Position numbers and translations under genes: made by a program. From Bdellovibrionota bacterium (lineage in GTDB: Bacteria > Bdellovibrionota_C > UBA2361 > OMII01): a stretch of 64,000 nucleotides of DNA. Of this stretch, positions 39,746 through 50,203 are shown in pieces. Location: positions 1 through 64,000 of the forward strand of contig JBIKWQ010000001.1 in the NCBI GenBank assembly GCA_044356215.1. The letters are read 5' to 3'. Below the pieces are notes generated by a model, which saw only the letters and a program-made list of their open reading frames with translations, was not told the origin of the DNA and did not search any database. Position 1 is the first letter of the stretch; the number at the start of each line of letters is the position of its first letter.

Positions 39746-40867
39746 CTACTTCACCTTCCGAATAAACGGCTTGCTAGAGACGTACGACTCCCCTTGAAGC
39801 TGCGAGACTAAACGGTCGGCCTGAACCTTATTCTCCTCTGGGCCAACCATCACCCGATAGAAACTCTGACCACTGACGCTGGCTGATTCTACTATAACTG
39901 GGAAGCCAGAACGCTTTAACTTTTTAGCTACCGCCTCTGCCTCAGAGAGCTTCTTTGGGGCCGCTACCTGCGCAAAATAGCCAGGAGGCAATACCTTTCT
40001 GACAAGCCCCTTGTTATCATCTTTTGGGGCTGGTTTCTCAGCTTGCTTAGCGACTTCGGTGTCCGATAATTTCCCCGCGGATTTAAGCTTCTCATCACTT
40101 TGATCAAGCTTGGCCTGAGAATCAGCGATTTTAACTTGATCTACTCTAGTCGCCTCATTTCGGGCGTTGGCGATTCGCTCGTCAAGCAGCGCCATAGCTG
40201 CCGCGTCTGGGCCATTAGCGGCTGCTTTCTGCGGAGATCCTCCGAGCATCCTGACTGAGGAAGGAACTTGACCTGGGAGTGACTCCGCGCCGAGTCCCTC
40301 ATCTGAGCCTATTATCAATTCTCCATTCTTCGACGCGTCATCGAAAAGCTCCGGCTCATCGGCTCCGCCATTTACTAGTGATCCAGCCTGTCCGGCATTC
40401 TTTAGATCTTTACTTCCACCGTCTGTCAGATCGGAGATGGTAATTTTTTGAGTTGGTGGGGCCTCATCACGTAATTCAGCGTTGTCTCCAACCCTAACAG
40501 ACGCCCGCGGACCATTCGATTCCCTGAGTATCGCTGGCTCTTTCAGGCGTTCATACACACCCTTAGGATTGAGCGCCGCGTTGTTGGCGTAAAGCTCTGG
40601 CACCGGGAGCTTAGCAACCTCACCAGCGGAGCTCTCACGCGCGGACTCAAAGCCAACATAACGACCAGAGAAGAAACCAACGAAATAACCTCCAACGATC
40701 GCGCCCACTGCCAAGCCCAACCATACCGCGACCTGTAACCTACCAAGACGGACCTCCCAGCCCTGTCGCGCCGCTCTACGCCCCGCGCTATCGTCACGCT
40801 CGTTAGATACATTCGGCCTAAGAGAGTACCCAGCTCCACTTCTCTGCTCCGCTACTGTTCCGCGCAT
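39746..40867 (-). CDS. SPOR-domain protein (FtsN/DedD-like architecture)
   Basis: N-terminal TM, low-complexity linker, YFAQVAA...FYRVMVGP. Confidence 0.88.
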   Translation of the reverse strand: MRGTVAEQRSGAGYSLRPNVSNERDDSAGRRAARQGWEVRLGRLQVAVWLGLAVGAIVGGYFVGFFSGRYVGFESARESSAGEVAKLPVPELYANNAALNPKGVYERLKEPAILRESNGPRASVRVGDNAELRDEAPPTQKITISDLTDGGSKDLKNAGQAGSLVNGGADEPELFDDASKNGELIIGSDEGLGAESLPGQVPSSVRMLGGSPQKAAANGPDAAAMALLDERIANARNEATRVDQVKIADSQAKLDQSDEKLKSAGKLSDTEVAKQAEKPAPKDDNKGLVRKVLPPGYFAQVAAPKKLSEAEAVAKKLKRSGFPVIVESASVSGQSFYRVMVGPEENKVQADRLVSQLQGESYVSSKPFIRKVK

Positions 40868-40898
40868 CTTCTCTCCATCAATAGGGGGAGGTTTCGCC

Positions 40899-42146
40899 TC
40901 ACTTCCCCAAACTCACTATACAAGAAAGTCCGAAACCGAGACCAGCCGCTATTTCACGAATCGTCTCATCTTGAAGACCTCGCTCCAGAGATAATCTGGT
41001 AGCCGGCGCGTTTATGAACGCGTGTCCCTCTCGTGACAATCGCTCAAAAGCTTCGCACCAGGCCTCCACCTCGTTATGAGCGATCGCGCGCGCTGCGTAT
41101 ACTGGCAAAAACAGGGCGCTCAGTAAGAGATTCCTGTAGACCTCAACCCCACGGATTAATTCCGCTATTTTTCCCCGCGCTACAGGGAGCGGCAGTAATC
41201 CCGAGAACCTAGAGTATCTCTCGATTAAAACTCGCGCACTCCAGAGTGGTGACGAGCACTCGTCAAAGAGCGCCACCGCGGGATCAAAATCACCGGATGG
41301 GGTTGTAGACGCCGCGTGAAAAAGAAACCTCGCCCAGAGGTCTCGATTCGATAATTTATCGACAACTCGTCCTAAATATTTCGCGCTCAAGATCTCGGAC
41401 AGAGCGCGATCGCGACTTAAAAGCCAGCCATCCTCGGGCATCGTGACGCGTGTCCGTCCGCTTATTCGCAGATTGGCGATAGCTTTGACGGTCCTTGACT
41501 CCAAACGTTCGTGATAATGATGAGAGGTCCAAATAGCCACGGGGGGATTATCATCAGGTATCTCAACTTCTCTACGAGACTCTCCCTCATGGTCGAGGAT
41601 CCATTCTACCGCCTCCTTAAAAAGATCAATCAGCTCCGCGTCCGATTTAATCTCTCTTTGCTGTAACGGGCACACCCGGAATGTCGCTCGATCGCCATTA
41701 TTCACAATTAACAGAACCTGCAACGCCGCTCGCGCCAGAAGTCGAATGCGGGCATAGACTGGCTCTGTATTATCTGGGAGGAGGCACCAGATACCCTTAT
41801 CTAGATAATCGTTAACTGCGTTGTGTCTACCCAATAGGCCCAAAGCTTCTCCTACTCCGCTAGAGACCTCCGATAGAAGCTCTTGTTTACTGACATTGGA
41901 GCAGACGATGTAGCCGTTATCATTCCTCCATTTGGCGTCACTTGTCTTTGACAATCCCGCTATCAGCAAACCAGCTATCGTCACCGCGCTCTGCCGGGTC
42001 GCTTTGGCTATCTCAACAGCAGCCGTCGAGCTCAATTCGCCGTGATCTAATGAGTACATCGGCAGAAAACGCGCCGACTTTGGTAGGTCAATTGTCGGAT
42101 ATTCCACAGAGACCAGCTCTAACAGACGCTTAGTCAGAATACTCAT
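40899..42146 (-). CDS. Degenerate arginyl-tRNA synthetase-like protein without HIGH
   Basis: ArgRS N-domain pattern HGELSST..EIAK...IA...GYI; DALR-like ARFLF...DFDPAVA...SP; sits directly upstream of a SPOR gene. Confidence 0.65.
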   Translation of the reverse strand: MSILTKRLLELVSVEYPTIDLPKSARFLPMYSLDHGELSSTAAVEIAKATRQSAVTIAGLLIAGLSKTSDAKWRNDNGYIVCSNVSKQELLSEVSSGVGEALGLLGRHNAVNDYLDKGIWCLLPDNTEPVYARIRLLARAALQVLLIVNNGDRATFRVCPLQQREIKSDAELIDLFKEAVEWILDHEGESRREVEIPDDNPPVAIWTSHHYHERLESRTVKAIANLRISGRTRVTMPEDGWLLSRDRALSEILSAKYLGRVVDKLSNRDLWARFLFHAASTTPSGDFDPAVALFDECSSPLWSARVLIERYSRFSGLLPLPVARGKIAELIRGVEVYRNLLLSALFLPVYAARAIAHNEVEAWCEAFERLSREGHAFINAPATRLSLERGLQDETIREIAAGLGFGLSCIVSLGK

Positions 42147-43267
42147 CCTCTTATCTCCTTAAGACACATCTTGAGTAGCTCCTTTAATTCGTCTGTGCAG
42201 TGAACAGAGTAAGCAGCAGCGACATCAGGAACGGTTCTTAGAGCCGCTGGCGAACGCTCTGCCTCTAAGATCTCCCCTGCCCTTCTTAAAACCCGATTCC
42301 CCTCGTGCACCGCTCGCGCGACATCCTCGCGGCCATCCCTTAAGATACCGGCGACGATCAAAACCTTCGCGGCCTCGGAGAAGAGCTCGGCTCCGATAGC
42401 AGGCCTTAAAAGCTCAAGACGCTCCAAGCTCTCAAACAACCAAGCCTGACTATCAACCGTGATAATGGAAAGATTACCGAATAGCCCGCGCTGAAGATAC
42501 TCCTGCAGCACCTCACTCGGAGACTTCTCATCAAAAGCGGCGAGCACCTCGTTCCAAACACGTCGTGGCGAAAGTGTCGCGAGCGCTCCACTCTTTACCG
42601 CTTCAAGAAACGCCGCCAAGGTAGTCATATCAAAATGAAACGACAATCTGACTAGATAACGTACCGCTCGGAAGAGTCGCGTCGGATCATCAATAAAACT
42701 CCTCGGATGAAGCACCCGAAGCGTCGAGGCTTGGATATCACCGATTCCACCACAAGGATCAATCGCCTCTTTCTCGAGGTTCGCTCGCGAGACACCGCCA
42801 CTTCGCAACCTCTGATAGCTCTCTAAGCTGATCGCTATCGCATTAGAAGAGAAGTCTCGACGCCAGAGATCTCGATCAATCGGCGCCGGACGCACCGTCG
42901 GTAAAGCTCCTGGTCGCTCATAAATCTCTTCCCTAGCTGTAGCGACATCTATCTCATCAAGAAATGGGGCTACTTCAGCGGCTGAGGCCCCAACGAAAGG
43001 CGCGACTAACTTGACTGTTAAAAACTGCTCATGGACCTTAACTGAACACCCTAGAAGCATTGCTAGCTGATTGGCGAAGGGAACTCCCTCACCTTCCACG
43101 ACTATATCAAGATCGTGCTCTCCGACCTGTCTTCCCATCAGTGCGTCACGAACAACTCCTCCGACAACGAACACTCGCTCACCTCTTTCACCAGAGATCC
43201 GCAGAGCCGAATCGACAGCTCTCTCAAGCCCGATCAATCCTCCGTTGTTAGAGCACTCGTCACCCAC
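42143..43267 (-). CDS. Class II tRNA nucleotidyltransferase (CCA- or A-adding type)
   Basis: VGGVVRD, DLDIVVEG, ATAREEIY..PGALP, DLWRRDF..NA, SFIDDPTRLFRAVRY. Confidence 0.92.
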   Translation of the reverse strand: MGDECSNNGGLIGLERAVDSALRISGERGERVFVVGGVVRDALMGRQVGEHDLDIVVEGEGVPFANQLAMLLGCSVKVHEQFLTVKLVAPFVGASAAEVAPFLDEIDVATAREEIYERPGALPTVRPAPIDRDLWRRDFSSNAIAISLESYQRLRSGGVSRANLEKEAIDPCGGIGDIQASTLRVLHPRSFIDDPTRLFRAVRYLVRLSFHFDMTTLAAFLEAVKSGALATLSPRRVWNEVLAAFDEKSPSEVLQEYLQRGLFGNLSIITVDSQAWLFESLERLELLRPAIGAELFSEAAKVLIVAGILRDGREDVARAVHEGNRVLRRAGEILEAERSPAALRTVPDVAAAYSVHCTDELKELLKMCLKEIRG

Positions 43268-43279
43268 AGCGAGACGCTC

Positions 43280-43864
43280 CTAACCCTCGTGACATTCATC
43301 GTCTGACATGATCTCGTCTCTAAAGATCGGCAAACCAACCGACTGTTGCCCTCGGTATTTACCAGTATCGTCGTAACGAATAACGCTCGGCGATTTAAGC
43401 TCAAATAAACCAACCCTGGCGATCTTCATTTTTGGGTAAAGCAATATCGGATTCGGTCCGTGATTAGCTAACTCAAGCGTTACAGCTCTGTCACTATGAC
43501 CTGGGTAAACCATCATCGCCGTCTGAACGATCGTCAAGCCAACTCTCGCCAACGTGCTTCGACCCTCAATTAGAAATCCGATCGAAGCTCCAACCGTAAC
43601 GCGTTGGAACGTATGTCCCAACATGAACTCGCCGGGTCTGAGGGTATACGGCTTATCAGGGGTAATAATAATCTGATCGTATGGAGGAGGCTCAGCCTTC
43701 ATCACATCTACAACGTATCCACCACGAGGCTTCAGTAACTCCTCACCCAAATGCAAGGTGATCCCAGATGACCGGATCCACTTCTCGGAAAACGGAGTGA
43801 TCTTCAGTTCCCCATTCTTGATTACGTTCTTAATATCCTCATCTGATAACATCATAGCGATCAC
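43280..43864 (-). CDS. dcd: dCTP deaminase
   Basis: MLSDEDI, LRPGEFMLG, EGRSTLARVGL, TLELAN, GKYRGQ. Confidence 0.92.
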   Translation of the reverse strand: MIAMMLSDEDIKNVIKNGELKITPFSEKWIRSSGITLHLGEELLKPRGGYVVDVMKAEPPPYDQIIITPDKPYTLRPGEFMLGHTFQRVTVGASIGFLIEGRSTLARVGLTIVQTAMMVYPGHSDRAVTLELANHGPNPILLYPKMKIARVGLFELKSPSVIRYDDTGKYRGQQSVGLPIFRDEIMSDDECHEG

Positions 43865-44078
43865 CTATTTCTACATTTAACCCGGCCGATAAGAATACAA
43901 CGATTACGCCAAAATCGACAGAAGAACCGCCCCTTGGGCGCCCCAAACCACTCTTTAGCACACTTTTTGAGCATTAACTATTTCCAAGTGACTAATATTA
44001 TTGTAAAACCCGTTTGGTAGTGGCCAAGTCGACACCAAACCAAAGGTCAAAATAAAGTACTAACAAAGAGTTTAGGCT

Positions 44079-44363
44079 ATGGAAAATTCAGATCTTAGAG
44101 CAAAAGAGATTCAGGGCAGTTACAAGTGGTTAATGATCGCTGGGTCAGCCGCTGTTCTTTTAAGCTGCTTCCTATTCTACGTTGACGACGTTGTAATGAG
44201 CCACGCACCAGAGCGCGACAAAGCTCACGCTGCTGAGATGGCTGAGCTAAGAAAGGCACAGGCTAGCCTGCCATCGCGAGTAACGGATTCCAGGCAAACC
44301 CTACCTTTAGAGATCGAGGCAGAAAACAAAGAAGCCCACGAGGCAGACGGCCACGCTCACTAA
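44079..44363 (+). CDS. Hypothetical single-TM protein
   Basis: 94 aa with one hydrophobic segment. Confidence 0.6.
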   Translation: MENSDLRAKEIQGSYKWLMIAGSAAVLLSCFLFYVDDVVMSHAPERDKAHAAEMAELRKAQASLPSRVTDSRQTLPLEIEAENKEAHEADGHAH

Positions 44364-44382
44364 ACGAGACGGTCAGACTTTA

Positions 44383-44913
44383 GTGGCCCGCGATTTATCA
44401 AGAAAAGCGATCTCTTATCTCCTCTCAGCGTTAAATCAAATGGCGCCGAAGGACTCGTCTCTTGAGCAGAGAGAAGCCGCAATTAGAGGAGTGCTAAGAC
44501 GTTATCCCTTCTGGACAGACGGCCAACTGTCTCTTGCTAACATAGCTCTTCAAGGAGACAACGTTGCTCTTGCTTACAGCTCAGCGATCTCAGCGAAAAT
44601 CCTCTCCGGGCAAGATAACGTGCGCTTAAGGCAATCGCTATTCCTGTTAGGTAGATGTTTTCTCAAGAGAAGCGATTGGCAAGCTGCTTTGAATTATTTT
44701 AGGGAAGCCGAGACACTGGGACTTAATTCAAGCTCACTTAAAGAAGACACCGCGGCTGCCTATATTTTAGGCGAGAGATACGCCGAGGCGCTTAAGGCCC
44801 TTGAGGCGATCCCGGATAGTGAGATATCGCCGGAGGCTAAGGCGGCGTTGGGGTTTGTTAGGGGAGTGCAAGGATTTGCGGATGAGATAAATATGAGGCT
44901 GGATAAACTATAG
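44383..44913 (+). CDS. TPR-like protein
   Basis: LFLLGRCFLKRSDWQAALNYFREA pattern. Confidence 0.7.
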   Translation: MARDLSRKAISYLLSALNQMAPKDSSLEQREAAIRGVLRRYPFWTDGQLSLANIALQGDNVALAYSSAISAKILSGQDNVRLRQSLFLLGRCFLKRSDWQAALNYFREAETLGLNSSSLKEDTAAAYILGERYAEALKALEAIPDSEISPEAKAALGFVRGVQGFADEINMRLDKL

Positions 44914-44919
44914 GATTGT

Positions 44920-46008
44920 ATGAATCTGAAATCGATCGGCTCATGTTTCTTGTTTATTTTACTCCTCATCGCGCCAACTGGCGCCTTTTCAGAGCCGCAG
45001 AGATATAGAATCGCTGCGATTCTCCCCTTAAGCGGTCAGGTTTCCTCGCTAGGGTCATACGTTCGCAAAGGAATCGAACTGGCGTTGGAGAGGTTACCAC
45101 CCTCAGAGCAGGGATCCTTAGAAGTAGTGTTTGAAGACGATCAGTTTGAGCCAGCCAAAACCATAGGCGCCTATCGCAAGCTCAAAGCAACTCAGGGGAT
45201 TGATGCTGTCTTGGTAGTGGGCTCACCGCCAGCAAATGCTCTTGGTCCGATTACGGAAAATGACGGGACGCTATTAATGGCAATAGGCGCATCCGACCCG
45301 TCAATCGCTGTCGGTAAGAAATACTCGTTTATACATTGGGTCTCTCCCTTAACATTAGCCGAAAAACTTGCAGATCAAATGATAAAACGAGACTTCCAGC
45401 GAGTCGCCTTTATCGTAGCCGAGGTAACAGGTACAATGGCGGCAGCAGACGCGGCAGTTGCTGCTCTAAAAATTCGCGGTGCCGCTCAGAGAATTATATA
45501 CCGAGAGGACTTCATCAAAAATACGACCGATTACAGGACCGCTCTCTCTAAAATTCGACAAGAGAAAGCTGATGCGGTAGTCGCGGTTCTATTTCCTGGC
45601 GCTCTGGCCTCCTTCGCGCGACAGTTCCGTGAAATGAGAATTGCAGCGGATCTGATTGGGATTGAAACTTTTGAAGATGCCGCCGAGGTGAAAGCTTCAA
45701 ATGGCGCGCTAATTGGGACTTGGTACGTAAACGCCTCGGATAATCGAAGTGATTTTATTGAGGAGTACAAGCGCAAATACGAAGAGCATCCTGGCTGGGC
45801 AAGTGGAAATGGGTACGACTCGCTGAAGCTTATTTCGTCCGCTGTAAAAAGTGTCGGTTCAAATAACAAACAAATTGGCGACTTTCTGCGTGCCGTTAAG
45901 GACTACGCCGGCGCGACCGGCATCTATTCGTCTTCAGGGGACAATCGCTTTACTTTACCAGCTACATTAAAAAGAGTGACCCCTAGGGGATTTGAAAGTT
46001 TTGAATAA
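44920..46008 (+). CDS. ABC transporter substrate-binding protein (LivJ-like, Peripla_BP_6)
   Basis: Signal peptide, ILPLSG, EDDQFEP, GYD, GATG. Confidence 0.9.
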   Translation: MNLKSIGSCFLFILLLIAPTGAFSEPQRYRIAAILPLSGQVSSLGSYVRKGIELALERLPPSEQGSLEVVFEDDQFEPAKTIGAYRKLKATQGIDAVLVVGSPPANALGPITENDGTLLMAIGASDPSIAVGKKYSFIHWVSPLTLAEKLADQMIKRDFQRVAFIVAEVTGTMAAADAAVAALKIRGAAQRIIYREDFIKNTTDYRTALSKIRQEKADAVVAVLFPGALASFARQFREMRIAADLIGIETFEDAAEVKASNGALIGTWYVNASDNRSDFIEEYKRKYEEHPGWASGNGYDSLKLISSAVKSVGSNNKQIGDFLRAVKDYAGATGIYSSSGDNRFTLPATLKRVTPRGFESFE

Positions 46009-46050
46009 ATTGACTCTGAGAGTGAGTGCCAGCTTATTATTACAACTCCG

Positions 46051-46794
46051 ATGCCTAAAGAAGCCCCACCCCCAACCAATCCCAATCAAGCTACCTTCGG
46101 CATCTCCTATCTAGACTCCGGCGGCACCCACCCTCCCCTGCTTTGCCTACACGGTATTCAAGGAAGCAAAGAATCATTCTCGTTTTTGCTTAACTCGCCG
46201 CTCGCGCGACAAGCTCGACTGATTATCCCTGATATTCCCGGATTCGGAGCGTCTCACGCGCCTTCCGATTGTGTATTCGACCTAGAGCGACAGGCTGAGC
46301 GTCTGGTCGATTTTATTGATGAAATAAAAATCAAGCGGCTCATCGTTTACGGACACAGCCTTGGAGGTATGTTGGGAACTCTGTTGCTTGAAAAAATTCC
46401 AGACAGGATCACCGGACTCATAAGCTCTGAAGGTAATCTTAGTTTAGAGGATTGCGGAGAAAGCAGGCGTGTTGTCGAGATCGACTTTGATGAGTTTGAG
46501 GCCACTCGGTATCCGGAGCTTAAAAAGCGTGGCGTCAGCACCAGTGCAGTATCCTTTTACTCAACCGCTAGATCTGTGGTACACCTCTCGGAAAGCGCGC
46601 GACTTTTCACAGTGCTGGCGAATTCTCCGCGTCCTGTGTTGTTTATCAGAGGAGGTGCCAGCCACTTCAAAAGCGTTCCCGTCGGGGATAATGTACGTAA
46701 CGTGGAGATCCCAAACGAGACTCATTTCACCCTGCCAGGGAGTCGCGGATCAATCGATATAGTAACTAGTTTTTTTAGCGAGCTGTGTGGGTGA
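46051..46794 (+). CDS. Alpha/beta hydrolase
   Basis: LHG, DIPGFGAS, GHSLGG. Confidence 0.9.
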   Translation: MPKEAPPPTNPNQATFGISYLDSGGTHPPLLCLHGIQGSKESFSFLLNSPLARQARLIIPDIPGFGASHAPSDCVFDLERQAERLVDFIDEIKIKRLIVYGHSLGGMLGTLLLEKIPDRITGLISSEGNLSLEDCGESRRVVEIDFDEFEATRYPELKKRGVSTSAVSFYSTARSVVHLSESARLFTVLANSPRPVLFIRGGASHFKSVPVGDNVRNVEIPNETHFTLPGSRGSIDIVTSFFSELCG

Positions 46795-46964
46795 GAATTA
46801 GAGACATCCGGACGCGAGCCAGCACAGCTCGTGCGCGCCGGTGTCACTAACGGGTCAAACACTAGGCCACCCAGCTTTTTTCAGTGCGATTCAACAATCC
46901 AGAACGGTCCCTCTTCTAAGCCCCCGCTTGCTTTTTCGCATGCCGTCATAGTACCCTCCTCCGG

Positions 46965-47060
46965 AACCCAGGGGTGGTCGCATAGTAGTGACCTGAGATG
47001 CTTCTAAAAGAAGCAAAACCCTTTGAACCTGAGGCGGATAACACCGACGTAGGGAGAGGA
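46965..47060 (+). ncRNA. TPP (THI-box) riboswitch
   Basis: GGGGTG...CTGAGA...ACCCTTTGAACCTGA..CGGATAACACCG.CGTAGGGA consensus; precedes the receptor gene and lies near thiN. Confidence 0.88.
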
Positions 47061-47063
47061 ATA

Positions 47064-49301
47064 ATGAAAACACACACACCATTCTCGGCATACACACCTT
47101 CATACTGCGCCTTACCAGAGGCCTCATACACAAGGACTAGTGCAGCTCAACATGACAACCGCGCGGCCTCAGATGCTACTCAACTTAGAGGGACGCGCTG
47201 GGCACTTGTTATCGTGTGCGCCCTTCTCAACATCTCACACGCAACTGCGCAACCCTCGATAACAAATCCTGCATCCGGGCAATCGCTAAACAATCCGACA
47301 GAACTTTACATTTATGGGGCCTCCTTCACCGCCCCGCTCCAGAAGGTGCCACAAAGCACAACTGTTGTGCGAGAGCAGCGCCTTCAAGAAAAGGGGGAGA
47401 ACTCATTTGATTATGAAATAGAGTCTATCCCAAACCTTACTTGGTCTGCTGGAACTTCACGACCACGATTTTTCTTGATACGTGGTATCGGAGAACTCGA
47501 ACAATACCAAGGGGCACCGAATCCATCTGTAGCAACTATCATCGATTCGATCGACTTTAGCGGATTAGGGCTAGTTACGCCGATGTTCGATATCGATCAG
47601 GTCGAGGTTCTACGCGGACCACAAGGAATCAGGTTTGGCTCGAGTGCCCTTGCAGGAGCGCTCAACGTGCGTTCGCACGATCCGACTGAGTTTACCACCG
47701 GACGCCTTGAGCTTATGGCGGGAAACGATGAATTGTTCGCCGGTGGTGTGGCGGTCGGCGGAGCGATTCCAGAGAGCAACGGAAAGCTTCAACTGCGCTT
47801 CTCAGCCTACAATTCCCAGAGTGATGGGTTCCGCGATAATGTGTTCCTGCAGCGAGACAACACCAACAAGCGAGACGAATCTCTCGCCAGGCTTAAGCTA
47901 CGCTATATCCCCTCCTCAAAGTTATCTTTTGACCTTTCTGTTTGGGGAGTAGAAGCAAATAACGGCTATGATGCCTTTGCTCTAGATAACTCATTTAACA
48001 CCCAGTCGGATAAGCCCGGCCAAGACGCGACCTCGGTTCGCGCTGCTTCATTTGCCACAAATGCCACGCTGTCGGAAGGGGTCGCACTAGAGTCGATCTC
48101 ATCTATCGCGCGCACTTCTATAGACTACAGTTATGACGGCGATTGGGGTAACAATCCATTTTGGGGGGCCTATGCCCCATACGACTACTTCTCTGATTCG
48201 GGTCGCACCAGAAAGGTATTAAGCCAAGAGTTTCGCCTGCGTTCCCCAGATGACGCTACTTACCAACACGGAGAATCGTGGCGTTGGTTAACAGGAGTGT
48301 TTGCTCAGCGACTAACCGAGGACACTTCGACGCTCGAGTTAGCAGATAATGTTGCGTACAATGACATCTCCAGCGATTACCTGGCGCGAACTGGCGCAAT
48401 TTTTGGAGACCTTGAGGTGCCACTAAGCCATGGCTTCTCCCTTGTGCCAGGCCTACGCCTTGAACAACGCAACACTCGTTACGACGATTCTAGGAGTGCC
48501 GATTTTTCACCGACCTACTCGATGCTCGGTGGCTCAACAGCTATTCAAAAGGATCTTACTGAATCCGTTCGTGGATATCTCTCGGTATCGCGTGGATACA
48601 AAGGTGGTGGCTTTAATCCAGGAACACGCGTTCCTACGGAGAGACGCCAGTATGACCCCGAGTATCTGTGGAACTTTGAATTAGGAACTAAGGGGACATT
48701 CCTCGATAAGAAACTCTCCTCGAACCTAGCGTTATTTTACAATCTACGACGCGATCAACAGCTTAAATTCGCCATACAAGACAACCCGTCGGATCCTCTC
48801 TCTTTTACCTACCTCACCGAGAGCTCTGCTGAGGGACGCTCTATCGGTTTAGAGCTTGAAAATACTTATCAAGCTCTTCCCTGGTGGCAACTCTTTGTAT
48901 CTGGATCACTCCTTGATTCTGAATTCACATCTGTTCCATCAGAGAGTAGCGACCTTCAAGGGCGCGCATTTTCGGTTGCTCCATCGTGGCAGTACTCAGC
49001 AGGAACCCGCGCAGATTTTGGTCATGGAGTTTTCGGGCGAATAGAGATTACTGGAAAGGATGCGTTTTACTTCGATGATAGTCATAACCAACATAGCTCC
49101 CCCTACGCCCTCTTTAATGCATCACTCGGATGGCGTCATGATCGCTGGCAGGTTCTGCTCTGGAGCAGAAACCTCCTCAATGAAAGGTATGATGTGCGTG
49201 GCTTCTACTTTGGAAACGAGCCCCCGGATTTCCCAAACAGGCTCTATGTCCAGCGGGGAGATCCAAGAGCGTTCGGATGTACGCTGTCGTACAATTTTTA
49301 G
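47064..49301 (+). CDS. TonB-dependent receptor, probably for thiamine or a precursor
   Basis: Plug motifs IRGIG and VEVLRGPQG..FG; C-terminal Phe; downstream of the TPP riboswitch. Confidence 0.92.
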   Translation: MKTHTPFSAYTPSYCALPEASYTRTSAAQHDNRAASDATQLRGTRWALVIVCALLNISHATAQPSITNPASGQSLNNPTELYIYGASFTAPLQKVPQSTTVVREQRLQEKGENSFDYEIESIPNLTWSAGTSRPRFFLIRGIGELEQYQGAPNPSVATIIDSIDFSGLGLVTPMFDIDQVEVLRGPQGIRFGSSALAGALNVRSHDPTEFTTGRLELMAGNDELFAGGVAVGGAIPESNGKLQLRFSAYNSQSDGFRDNVFLQRDNTNKRDESLARLKLRYIPSSKLSFDLSVWGVEANNGYDAFALDNSFNTQSDKPGQDATSVRAASFATNATLSEGVALESISSIARTSIDYSYDGDWGNNPFWGAYAPYDYFSDSGRTRKVLSQEFRLRSPDDATYQHGESWRWLTGVFAQRLTEDTSTLELADNVAYNDISSDYLARTGAIFGDLEVPLSHGFSLVPGLRLEQRNTRYDDSRSADFSPTYSMLGGSTAIQKDLTESVRGYLSVSRGYKGGGFNPGTRVPTERRQYDPEYLWNFELGTKGTFLDKKLSSNLALFYNLRRDQQLKFAIQDNPSDPLSFTYLTESSAEGRSIGLELENTYQALPWWQLFVSGSLLDSEFTSVPSESSDLQGRAFSVAPSWQYSAGTRADFGHGVFGRIEITGKDAFYFDDSHNQHSSPYALFNASLGWRHDRWQVLLWSRNLLNERYDVRGFYFGNEPPDFPNRLYVQRGDPRAFGCTLSYNF

Positions 49302-49345
49302 ACGCAGCACCGGCCACTATCATTGAGCACCACCGACAGCCCCTT

Positions 49346-50008
49346 CTATGCTGTCAACATACATCCAGCAGAGCCATGTATAAAAAAAAGAACACCTTTG
49401 TGGACTGTAACTGATACGGACTCGCTCACAGCTTTATTGCTCAATCCTCGACTACCCGCCGTTAATGTTTCAGAGTTTAGTGGCCACTCAACACCGGTAA
49501 TTGTCACAGATGCACCATCTCCCCGAGGGACTAGGGAGATCGTGTCACCACACGCCACATCGCCAGGATAGTAAGAGCACTCCTTACCTCCTTCACTCGA
49601 GAGCACTCGACACGTCATCATGCCATCATGTAATACAATCGCCACCCTGCGGTGATATCGTTCGAGCACCGATAAAATCACGAGCGCATGATCAATGCGC
49701 CCTGTAAGGTTGGCAACGACAAGTATCTCGTTCATGTCACGAGCTATCGCCAGCTCTAAGCATTTCTCAAAATCATTTGTTTCCTGGCAATCAAGCTGCA
49801 CGTATTCACTGCTGGGAAACCGTGTCAGCACTCCCGCGTGTTTTATTGAATCAAAGTCTCCGCAAATGACATGCGGGGCGAAGTCCTCGGGCAGATGCCT
49901 TACCGCACCATCTGCCGCGATAATTAACTCAGCGCCCTGAGCAATCGCAGCGATATCAAGGGTACCAACGTCAGGAGCATTAAGAACGATACAAGCTTTG
50001 CGACTCAT
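49346..50008 (-). CDS. thiN: Thiamine pyrophosphokinase
   Basis: AADGA, GDFDSI, QETNDFEK, GRIDH, GVEWPL, GLSN. Confidence 0.93.
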   Translation of the reverse strand: MSRKACIVLNAPDVGTLDIAAIAQGAELIIAADGAVRHLPEDFAPHVICGDFDSIKHAGVLTRFPSSEYVQLDCQETNDFEKCLELAIARDMNEILVVANLTGRIDHALVILSVLERYHRRVAIVLHDGMMTCRVLSSEGGKECSYYPGDVACGDTISLVPRGDGASVTITGVEWPLNSETLTAGSRGLSNKAVSESVSVTVHKGVLFFIHGSAGCMLTA

Positions 50009-50203
50009 GGAAATTAGCGTAGCGCACTAGTAGCGAGGAATTCAAGGCCGCTTCATTTTCGAGGTATTTCCGGCGTAGGTTTGACTTTAGCCTAGGCAAT
50101 AGCGAGAGGACTTGCATTAGAAAATAGAGTATAACAACCAGGCCCAGCGGGCCCCCTCGGCTCCGCCTAATTTGGGTAGTTATATCACTAAGGGACTTGG
50201 CAA

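Noticed and set aside
46998..47063. ORF-track start of the TonB receptor
   Set aside because: It lies inside the TPP aptamer; ATG 47064 has the RBS.
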